NCBI GenBank assembly: GCA_031363505.1
Contig: JANLUN010000544.1
Span: 1 to 37,943, forward strand
Direction: 5' to 3'
From: Planctomycetota bacterium
Lineage (GTDB): Bacteria > Planctomycetota > UBA1135 > GCA-002686595
Length of the DNA: 37,943 bases
Shown here: piece by piece, positions 1 to 7,575 of the stretch
Layout of the letters: each line of letters begins with the position of its first letter
Numbering within the stretch: the first letter of the stretch is position 1
Notes under the pieces: model-generated
The model's input: the letters and a program-made list of their open reading frames with translations, nothing else
Told to the model about the DNA's origin: nothing
Databases searched by the model: none
Position numbers and translations under genes: made by a program

Positions 1-1312
1 CGTCCACGTAGATGCCGCCGCCCACGCGCAGCCCAGGCAGAAACGCAGGCTCCAGACCGATCGCTATATTCACGGCCTTCTGTTCGTTGGCGTCGAGCTC
101 GACCTGCGAGGCATCCGGCACCGGCCCGCGTCCGTTGGCGACCTCGAACGTGTAGTCGTAGCGCATGGCGTCCGAGTAGAAGGCACCCTTGACGCTCACG
201 CCGACGTTGTGGATTGGAAGTAGGCCGGTGTCGTCTTCGAAGTCGAGGACCTCGGGACGATCGATGCTCGTCTGCAGCCACTCGCCGTGGTGGTAGCGCG
301 TGTTCCAGTAGCCGATTCCGGTCAGGAATCGTCCCGCCTCGACGCTGAGCGCGTCGCTCCAGCGGTACTTGAGCAGTAGGCGCTCAACTTCGACGTCGAA
401 GCCGCCCTCCTCCTGCGCCTCGAAGGTGGTCTCCGCCAAAACGGAAATGCGCTTGGTCAGCGCCGAGGTCATCAAGAGATCGACGACCTCGATCGAGAAC
501 CCATTGGTCGTGGTATCGGTGCCGGCCTCGGACTCCTTCTCGAGCTCGAACTCTCCGTGCGCGAAGACACGCAAGTTCAGGGGTGGCCAGCCTTCGCTAT
601 CCCATTCTTCCAGCCATTCTTCCATGGTCATCGGTGCGACGAGCGCCGCGGTCTGACGCGACTCCCCGTCGCTTTGCGTCTGCAGTGTCCCGAGCGTACC
701 AACCGAGGCTTCCGACACGCCCGCGCGCGCGTCGCGCTCGTGGACCTGCGCGTTCGCTTGAGTCGGCTCAGGTGCTGACAGCGGATAGCCTTGCTCGCCC
801 GGGCTCTTCCCCTCGATGGTCAAGAACTTGACGTTGGCGTCGGGGATGGCGTCCGTCGCCGGGAAAACAGTGATCGAGCCGCGCAGCCGCTCGAGCATGG
901 GAACCGCGACCTGCGATGAAGGCACGACGCGCGGAGCCTCGACGATGCGGCCTTGATAGATGAGCTCGAGCCAATAGCGCTTGAGCTGCAATTCGGTCAT
1001 CCCGTACACACGCTGTTGAAGGAACTTCTTGGCGCTCGTACCCGAACGGGGGAGCAGGAGATCGACCATCGTGTCGCTCCGCGGCCAGAACTGAATCTCG
1101 GCCCTGAGGATGCGTCGCAGCTCCAGCTCGGAGAGCGTGCGCGCTGGATTCTCCCCGTTCACGACGACGGCATAGTCGAGACGCGCATCTCCAGCAGGCG
1201 GTTCTTGGACGAAGGCGATCAGCGCCAGCAAGAGGAGATCGTGCATCCCAGGCAACTCCGGACCGCCGATGCGAGATGCATCGGACGTGTGTCTCTGCCT
1301 TGTCGGTTGCAT
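1..1312 (-). CDS. Exported hypothetical protein, 3' end cut by the window edge. N-terminal periplasmic-binding-protein-like segment followed by a porin-like beta-barrel segment.
   Basis: Own translation of the minus strand. The frame is open from 1645 to position 1, with high GC3 and a protein-like sequence from about 1246 downwards (MHDLLLLALIAFVQEPPAG..VVVNGENPARTLSELELRRIL..YWLELIYQGRIVEAP..FLTGIGYWNTRYHHGEW..GLRVGGGIYVD). In-frame ATGs lie at 1312 and 1246. It is absent from the ORF track because there is no stop in the window. The function is inferred from sequence character only. Confidence 0.6.
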   Translation of the reverse strand, partial: MQPTRQRHTSDASRIGGPELPGMHDLLLLALIAFVQEPPAGDARLDYAVVVNGENPARTLSELELRRILRAEIQFWPRSDTMVDLLLPRSGTSAKKFLQQRVYGMTELQLKRYWLELIYQGRIVEAPRVVPSSQVAVPMLERLRGSITVFPATDAIPDANVKFLTIEGKSPGEQGYPLSAPEPTQANAQVHERDARAGVSEASVGTLGTLQTQSDGESRQTAALVAPMTMEEWLEEWDSEGWPPLNLRVFAHGEFELEKESEAGTDTTTNGFSIEVVDLLMTSALTKRISVLAETTFEAQEEGGFDVEVERLLLKYRWSDALSVEAGRFLTGIGYWNTRYHHGEWLQTSIDRPEVLDFEDDTGLLPIHNVGVSVKGAFYSDAMRYDYTFEVANGRGPVPDASQVELDANEQKAVNIAIGLEPAFLPGLRVGGGIYVD

Positions 1313-1645
1313 GCACGGAACGGTTGAGCGTGGCCAGCCCTGCGCCTTCCCAAGACTTGGACGGCGTGAGTGGTGCCGTCGACCGGCCCATCTCACGCCG
1401 CGTCTGGCCGCGCCCGAAGCCGTCCCGCTGCGCCGAGCTCCTCTGCGTCGCTGCTTGCCAGTTCGGCTCTGGGCCGCGCGTCCCGCGCAAGGATCGAGCT
1501 GCTGTAGAGGCCCTGCATTCGAGCGTCGCGCGATCCAACTCGCGCTGATGCCCGAGGTCGTTCGTCGCGCGGGTCGCCGCTCTGCACCGACTCGTGACGT
1601 GGTTCGCCGATGCCGGCCCACCGTCGGGCTATGAATCGACGGCTG

Positions 1646-4453
1646 TCAATTCCACGTGATGCGATACGAGCTCGAGAAATTGAGCGTATCGGCCGTGCAG
1701 AAGCCGATCTTCGTGTTGCGGTAGACCACCTGGTAGTGACCGGTGAGCCCGCTTCCAACAGGCGTCGCGCCGCGCACCGACACCGGCGTCACGAGACCCA
1801 GCGCCGGGTTCGGATACTTCGCTATGCCGCCCGACGCATTCTGATTCCCGAAGCGGATGAGGTTGCCGCTCGCGCAGCTGATGCCGTCGAGCACCGCGAG
1901 GCCGGGCGTGGCCGCACTGTCGGTCTTGAAGAACTGGCAGAAGCCGACCGGTGAAATGCCCGACGCAATCAGCGTCACCGTGTCGGTCGGTTGAATGTTG
2001 CCGTTCGCCGAGATGCCGCCGCCGTGCGGGTTGAACGAGTTCGCGCAGCCGCCGAAGTTCGAGCCGCTTGGGACCGGAACGTAGTTGGGTGCGACGCACG
2101 GGCAATCCCCCGCGCTGCCGTCACCGAAACAAAACGGAGTTCCGGGGCGGGCGCAATGACGCCACATCGCAAAGTTCGCCGCGGTCGCGTTCGCCGTGCC
2201 CATGAAGTCGCCGCCGGCGAATAGGTCGGCGCGTCCATCTCCGTCATCGTCGAAACTCGTCAGCGTATAGACGTGCGGGTCCTGCACGGGATCGATGCTC
2301 CCACCGACGCTGGACCAACTCGTACCGTTCCACTTCGCAAGTCCGTCGGCCGGAGCGCCGCCAGAGACTTTGAAACCGCCGCCGACGTAGAGCACTTGAC
2401 CGCTCCCGCTGCCGTCGTCGCTGACATGTAGCGAGTCCGCGCCGACGCCCGTACCAAGTCCCGAGCCGACTGCGGACCACGCGCCGTTGCTCCACTTCGC
2501 GATATGCTTCGCCGAGACTCCTCCAGCGAACTGGAACGTGCCCGACGCATACAACGCCGGCACACCCGTCCCTCCGGCGAACACTTCGAGCGCTCGCACG
2601 GAGCCCGCGGTCCCAGCGCCGAGAGCAGACCAGCTGCCGCTCCACTTCGCGATGCCGACCGCCGAACTGCCTCCAGCGATGGAAAACGCTCCGCCGACGA
2701 ACAGCGCCGGACCGGAGCCGTCGTCGAAGACTTCGAGCGCGTAGACCTGGTTGTCGACGCCCACTCCGAGCGACTGCCAAGCGACACCGTTCCAGCGCGC
2801 AATGAACTGCTGAGCGGCCATCTCGCCACCGGCGTACAGCTGCGGACCGGAACCGTCATCGAAGACCGCGAGCGCGCGCACCGGCTCCACGAAGGGTGAT
2901 CCGACGGCGGACCAACTTGCTCCGTCCCACTTCGCGACGCACGTCGCAGGCACTCCACCCGCGTGCGAGAAATCGCCGCCGACGTAGAGCGCGTCTCCCG
3001 AGCCGTCATCGAACGCGCAGATCGCGTACACGTGACCCGGCAAGGAAGCGTTCGGCGGATTGGGACTGCCTGTCACGCCGCCGCCAACGTCCGACCAACT
3101 CGCTCCGTTCCACTTGCCGATCGCGTGCACCGGCACTTCACCGACGCTCGACATGTCGCCGCCAACGAAGAGCGCCGGACCGCTTCCATCGTCGAACGCG
3201 AGGCTGGTTCGCATGTCACCGAAGACGCCGCGCGTGCTCCCGAGCGTGCTCCACGAGCTACCGTCGAACGCCGCTATGTTGTGCGCCCCGATTCCTCCCA
3301 GCGAGCCGAAATAACCGCCGGCGTAGAGACGCGCACCGCCTCCGTCGTCGAACACGTGCAACGCGAAGACAAACTGCGGATTGGCGAAGCTACCGAGAGA
3401 GGACCAACTCGTCCCATTCCACTTCGCGATGGCGCCCGTCGGCAGGTCGCCTGCTTCGACGAAATTGCCGGCGGCGTACAGCTCCGGTCCGCTGCCGGAG
3501 TCGTAGAACGCGAGTGCATCCACGGACGAAGTCGATCCTGCGACGCCGAACCATCCGATCCCGCTTCCGAGCGCCGACCAGTTCGCTCCGTCCCATCGAG
3601 CGATCCGCCGCGCAAACACTCCGCCGGCCGTCTGAAATCCACCGCCGGCGATCAGGAGCGGCCCACCGGGTTGACCCGCATCGATCGCGGTGAGCGAGTA
3701 CACGTCGCCGTCGATTCCGGATCCGACGCTCGACCAACTCGTGCCGTCCCACTTCGCGATGTGGTCCGCAGGTGCTCCGTTCAGGAGCGAGAAAGTGCCG
3801 CCCGCGTAGAGCGCTATCCCTGTCCCGTCGTCGAATGCCGTGAGCGCCCTCACCTGCGAGAACGTCAAGCCCAGTCCGGCACCGAGCGGAGACCACGCAT
3901 TGCCGTTCCATCGCGCGATCCGGTTCGCAGCGCCGCCGCCCGCCATTGAAAACCATCCGGCGGCGTAGAGCGCTGGACCATTGCCATCGTCGAACACGGC
4001 GAGCGCGTACACCGTGTTGTTGACGCCGCTGCCGAGCGCCGACCAATTCGAGCCGTCCCACTTCGCGATGTTCGACGCGGGGACGCCGCTCGCCGACGAG
4101 AAGAGTCCGCCGACGTACAGCGCCATGCCGCCGCCGTCGTCGTAGTAGGTAGCGGCGAGCGGGTAGGCGTTGGACGGGAATGTCTCGATGCCGCTGGCAA
4201 GGTTGGACCAGCTCGCGCCGTTCCAGCTCGCGATGTTGTTCGTGCGCAACGCGCCTGCGCTTCCGAAACCGCCGGCCACATAGAGCTCCGATCCGCTGCC
4301 GTCGTCGAAGTCGCTGAGGGCGCGGACAACGCCACCGATACCCGACGGTTCGAATCCCGGCGACCACTGCAAGCACTGACCGCGAGCGCTCTCCGTCGCG
4401 TGGCCTATCGCTGCGAGTAAGAGACCCAATCCGACTAGGCTGCGTCGATGCAT
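1646..4453 (-). CDS. Secreted multi-blade beta-propeller repeat protein (Kelch-like repeats) with a C-terminal Cys-containing module
   Basis: 935-aa ORF with signal peptide MHRRSLVGLGLLLAAIGHA. It has 13 clear tandem units of about 50 aa with the signature IA(K/R)W(N/D)GxxWSxLGxG...FDDGSGPxLYxGGxF, plus degenerate units at both ends. The last ~170 aa (CFGDGSAGDCPC...HYQVVYRN...FSSSYRITWN) form a distinct module. Confidence 0.9.
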   Translation of the reverse strand: MHRRSLVGLGLLLAAIGHATESARGQCLQWSPGFEPSGIGGVVRALSDFDDGSGSELYVAGGFGSAGALRTNNIASWNGASWSNLASGIETFPSNAYPLAATYYDDGGGMALYVGGLFSSASGVPASNIAKWDGSNWSALGSGVNNTVYALAVFDDGNGPALYAAGWFSMAGGGAANRIARWNGNAWSPLGAGLGLTFSQVRALTAFDDGTGIALYAGGTFSLLNGAPADHIAKWDGTSWSSVGSGIDGDVYSLTAIDAGQPGGPLLIAGGGFQTAGGVFARRIARWDGANWSALGSGIGWFGVAGSTSSVDALAFYDSGSGPELYAAGNFVEAGDLPTGAIAKWNGTSWSSLGSFANPQFVFALHVFDDGGGARLYAGGYFGSLGGIGAHNIAAFDGSSWSTLGSTRGVFGDMRTSLAFDDGSGPALFVGGDMSSVGEVPVHAIGKWNGASWSDVGGGVTGSPNPPNASLPGHVYAICAFDDGSGDALYVGGDFSHAGGVPATCVAKWDGASWSAVGSPFVEPVRALAVFDDGSGPQLYAGGEMAAQQFIARWNGVAWQSLGVGVDNQVYALEVFDDGSGPALFVGGAFSIAGGSSAVGIAKWSGSWSALGAGTAGSVRALEVFAGGTGVPALYASGTFQFAGGVSAKHIAKWSNGAWSAVGSGLGTGVGADSLHVSDDGSGSGQVLYVGGGFKVSGGAPADGLAKWNGTSWSSVGGSIDPVQDPHVYTLTSFDDDGDGRADLFAGGDFMGTANATAANFAMWRHCARPGTPFCFGDGSAGDCPCVAPNYVPVPSGSNFGGCANSFNPHGGGISANGNIQPTDTVTLIASGISPVGFCQFFKTDSAATPGLAVLDGISCASGNLIRFGNQNASGGIAKYPNPALGLVTPVSVRGATPVGSGLTGHYQVVYRNTKIGFCTADTLNFSSSYRITWN

Positions 4454-4718
4454 GAGAAATCCAGTGAAGAGCCCTGTGAACGTCTCCAGACGACATCGGG
4501 CAGCTCCTGCCGGCTGCTACCCACAGAGGGGCTGACGATCGTGTTGCCATGCTACCGCGGCACTGCGTTTTCCGCCGGCTGTGCCGATGACGCCGACAGC
4601 CAACGCTTCGGAGGGACGCTGCGTGCTGGCGTTGAGCGCCCGTCGACTCGTTCCTGTTTCGACACGCGCAGAAAAAACGGCCCGCCTGAAGGATTGCACT
4701 TCGGAATAGCTTGTCTGC

Positions 4719-5963
4719 ATGGATGCTAGAGAGGCATTTCAGACGCTCGGGATCTCGCTCGGACTCGGGCTTCTCGTCGGTCTCCAGCGTGAGCGCGCCG
4801 GATCGCGTGTCGCCGGCGTGCGGACGTTCACGCTGATCACGCTACTCGGAACGATCACCGCCTTACTCGGCGAGACGCTCGGCGCGTCGGTGATCATCGG
4901 TGGACTCGTCGGTGTCGCCACCACGATGATCGTCGCGAACTTGTTGCGCATACGCGAGAGCGACATCTCGCCCGGCATGACGACCGAGATCGCGGCGCTC
5001 GTGATGTACTGCGTCGGCGCGTACTTGGTGTTCGGCCACCGCAGCGTCGCGATCGTCGTCGGAGGCGCGGTCGCCGTCATGCTCTACGCGAAGCCGGTCT
5101 TGCACGACCTCGTGAAGCGCATGGGCGAGGGCGAGATGCGTGCGCTGATGCAGTTCGCGTTGATCGCGCTCGTCATCTTGCCGGTTTTGCCGGACGAGCC
5201 ATTCGGGCCGTTCCGAGTTCTGAATCCGCGCCAAATCTGGTGGATGGTCGTGCTCGTCAGCGGCATCAGCCTCAGCGGCTACGTGGCGTTCAAGCTACTC
5301 GGCGATCGCGCCGGTGCCGTCGTCGGCGGAATCTTGGGCGGCGTGATTTCCTCGACGGCGACGACGGTCAGCTTTGCGCGGCGTGCGTCGCAGTCGGAGC
5401 ATCAGATCCCGACGGCGACGCTCGTGATCGCGCTCGCGTCCACCGTCGTGTACGCGCGTGTGCTCGTCGAGGTGACGATCGTGGCACGCAGTGTCCTGCC
5501 GCACGTCGCGGGACCGATCGGCATCATGATGGCGACATCGGTCGCCCTGTGCGTGCTCATGTGGCTGCGCAGGCCGCGCACGGACACGCACATGCCGCCG
5601 CAAGACAATCCGTCGGAGCTGCGCGCGGCGATCGCGTTCGGCGTGCTCTTCGCGCTCGTCTTGTTCGCGGTGGCAGCGGCGAAGCATTATTTCGGCGATC
5701 GAGGACTCTACGCGGTCGCCGCCGTCAGCGGCTTGACCGACATGGACGCGATCACGCTCTCGACGTCGCGGATGGCCGCGCAAGGCGCGGTGGACACCGG
5801 CACCGCGTGGCGCGCCATCGTGATCGCCATCATCGCGAACCTCGTATTCAAAGGTGGGCTGGTCGCCGTGCTCGGCGGTCGCAAGTTGCTGGCGAGAATC
5901 GCGGCGCTCTTCGGGATCAACATCGTCGTCGGAGTGTTGATCCTCCTCTTCTGGCCGGACTAG
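4719..5963 (+). CDS. MgtC/SapB-family integral membrane protein with extended C-terminal membrane domain (DUF4010-type architecture)
   Basis: 414-aa polytopic ORF. The N-terminus GISLGLGLLVGLQRERAG..AGVRTFTLITLLG matches the MgtC-family signature, and TM segments continue to the end. Confidence 0.85.
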   Translation: MDAREAFQTLGISLGLGLLVGLQRERAGSRVAGVRTFTLITLLGTITALLGETLGASVIIGGLVGVATTMIVANLLRIRESDISPGMTTEIAALVMYCVGAYLVFGHRSVAIVVGGAVAVMLYAKPVLHDLVKRMGEGEMRALMQFALIALVILPVLPDEPFGPFRVLNPRQIWWMVVLVSGISLSGYVAFKLLGDRAGAVVGGILGGVISSTATTVSFARRASQSEHQIPTATLVIALASTVVYARVLVEVTIVARSVLPHVAGPIGIMMATSVALCVLMWLRRPRTDTHMPPQDNPSELRAAIAFGVLFALVLFAVAAAKHYFGDRGLYAVAAVSGLTDMDAITLSTSRMAAQGAVDTGTAWRAIVIAIIANLVFKGGLVAVLGGRKLLARIAALFGINIVVGVLILLFWPD

Positions 5964-6029
5964 AGCGCGTTCCGCTCGCCCGAATCGCCGGAGACTTCCG
6001 TTCGACGTCGCCGGTGCGCAACGCGCGGA

Positions 6030-6587
6030 CTACTCGCCGTCGCGTTTCACGAGCGAGTGCCGCTCGATCTCGATGTCGAACGCTTGCCCGGACGCCGTGA
6101 CGAACAAGTGTCCGTCGTTCACCGAAACATCCCAGCGCATGTTCCGGTCGAGCTTCGACTCGAGCGCGCGCAAGAACGGCTGAGCGAAGACAACGACCGG
6201 GATCTCGTCTACCCGATGGATGCGCTCCCCCGCGAAGCTCGCGCGCAGCAGCTCGATGCGCCGATCGGTGTAGAGCGCGACGCGATCGGTCGCCTTCGCG
6301 GCACGGTGCAGTCGATCCGCGGATGGCGCGCCGACTTCGATCCACGCGAGCCGCTGACCCGTGAGATCGAACACGGAGATCGCCGGTTCATCGACGTCGC
6401 TGATCCCGCCCTTCGAGAACGCGATCCCCGCTCGGTATTCGAGGCAGTACGCGAGAACACGCACGAAGAGGAACGAGCTGCTCTCGGAGGGATGACGTGC
6501 GATGCGCAGATCGAGCGTCTCGTACACGCCGCGATCCGCGTCTGCGAGCGCGATCTCGAAACGGTGGATCGTGGAGGTGAGTGCCAT
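6030..6587 (-). CDS. yaeQ: YaeQ family protein
   Basis: 185 aa. MALTSTIHRFEIALADADRGVYETLDLRIARHPSES is collinear with E. coli YaeQ (MALKATIYK...LTLARHPSET), recalled from memory. Confidence 0.85.
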   Translation of the reverse strand: MALTSTIHRFEIALADADRGVYETLDLRIARHPSESSSFLFVRVLAYCLEYRAGIAFSKGGISDVDEPAISVFDLTGQRLAWIEVGAPSADRLHRAAKATDRVALYTDRRIELLRASFAGERIHRVDEIPVVVFAQPFLRALESKLDRNMRWDVSVNDGHLFVTASGQAFDIEIERHSLVKRDGE

Positions 6588-6620
6588 GGTCGATGGGCTC
6601 GCGCACTGCCGTCTGCAAAC

Positions 6621-6651
6621 GCAGCCGGCGTCGAGATTCGACGCCGGCTGC
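6621..6651 (-). terminator. Hairpin downstream of the cyclophilin gene (13-bp perfect stem, 5-nt loop)
   Basis: gcagccggcgtcg-agatt-cgacgccggctgc, with every pair checked by hand. It lies 39 nt past the stop at 6690. On the minus strand it is followed by GTTTGCAGAC, which is only a short T run. Confidence 0.5.
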
Positions 6652-6689
6652 GGGAACTGCGGTCTCGCGGCGGTGAGCCGCGGAAACCG

Positions 6690-7442
6690 TTATTGCACGA
6701 CGATCTTCGCCGTGTCGATCTTGAGCGGCTTCGTCGTCTGTCCGCTTTGGCTGCCGAACTTCTCGAGCTTCTTCACGGTGTCGAGACCCTCGACGACCTC
6801 ACCGAAGATCGTGTGCTTCCCGTCGAGGTGCGGCGTCGGGACGAACGTCAGGAAGAACTGGCTGCCGTCCGTGTTCGGGCCTGCGTTGGCCATCGACAGG
6901 ATGCCGGGCTTGTCGTGCTTGACCTTCGGGGAGAACTCGCCCGCGTACTTGTACGCCGGTCCGCCGCTGCCGACGCCGAGCGGGTCACCGCCTTGCGCCA
7001 TGAAGCCGTTGATCACGCGGTGGAACTTGATGTCGTCGTAGAAGCCGAGCTCCGTGAGATAGATCGTGCTCGACACGTGCATCGGCGCGATGTCGGGCAT
7101 CAAGCGAATCTTGATCGGGCCCTCGGTGGTGTTCAGGACCCAGAAGTACTGCTTCGTCGCGTCGAACGTGAGCTTCGGCGGGATCGTCACCGACGTCTTC
7201 CAGTTCTTCGCGGTCTTGTCGATGTTCTTCGATGCGATGAACTCGCGGATCTTGACGATCGGGTCGCCCGCCGGTTCGGCCTTCGGGGCGTCAGGTTTCT
7301 TCGGCGGTTGTTCTTGCTTCGGTGCGGGTGTTTGAGTCACGGGAGGATCTTGTTGGGTTGCAGCCTGCGAAGCACTCGCGCCGCAAGCGACGATGGCGAC
7401 GGTCAATACTGTGAAGAGCGAAGGAAAGTTCGTGCGCGGCAT
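6690..7442 (-). CDS. Cyclophilin-type peptidyl-prolyl cis-trans isomerase, lipoprotein
   Basis: 250 aa. Lipobox TVAIVAC, a Pro/Lys-rich linker, then the cyclophilin core [15 protein letters not shown]...[13 protein letters not shown]...[14 protein letters not shown]. Confidence 0.9.
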   Translation of the reverse strand: MPRTNFPSLFTVLTVAIVACGASASQAATQQDPPVTQTPAPKQEQPPKKPDAPKAEPAGDPIVKIREFIASKNIDKTAKNWKTSVTIPPKLTFDATKQYFWVLNTTEGPIKIRLMPDIAPMHVSSTIYLTELGFYDDIKFHRVINGFMAQGGDPLGVGSGGPAYKYAGEFSPKVKHDKPGILSMANAGPNTDGSQFFLTFVPTPHLDGKHTIFGEVVEGLDTVKKLEKFGSQSGQTTKPLKIDTAKIVVQ

Positions 7443-7575
7443 GGTTTCGACTCGACTGGCAGTGGGCGGACGGTTCGTGGGGGTGCAACAGCACCGGACT
7501 GTGGTGCGACCGCACCGGACTAAGGGGCAAAGGATACGCGGGAGAACGCAATGCCGGCCAGAGGTTAGGTAGAAC

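Noticed and set aside
369-1634. Track ORFs 369-656, 557-778, 583-831, 768-1538, 953-1327, 1269-1634 and 1276-1548
   Set aside because: Their compositions are Arg/Ser/Ala-rich and they overlap one another. The minus-strand frame running off the window edge has far better coding character and explains 1-1312. The remainder, 1313-1645, is treated as intergenic.
1975-4550. Many 80-390-aa ORFs on both strands inside the propeller gene (for example 2963-3949 +, 3390-4550 -, 2896-3693 +)
   Set aside because: These are shadow frames of a high-GC repeat gene. They are dominated by Arg, Ala and Ser and carry no motifs. The 935-aa frame has a signal peptide and coherent repeats.
4454-4718. Possible riboswitch or terminator in the 265-bp lower-GC divergent region upstream of the MgtC-family gene, including an A6 run at 4671-4676
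   Set aside because: I could not recognise any conserved M-box-like core. The A/T run is not preceded by a convincing stem on either strand. The region is most simply a divergent promoter.
6057-7523. 488-aa plus-strand ORF spanning yaeQ and the cyclophilin gene
   Set aside because: It is antisense to two genes with clear family signatures. Its Arg/Asp/Glu/Leu-rich composition is typical of reverse-frame translation in high-GC DNA.
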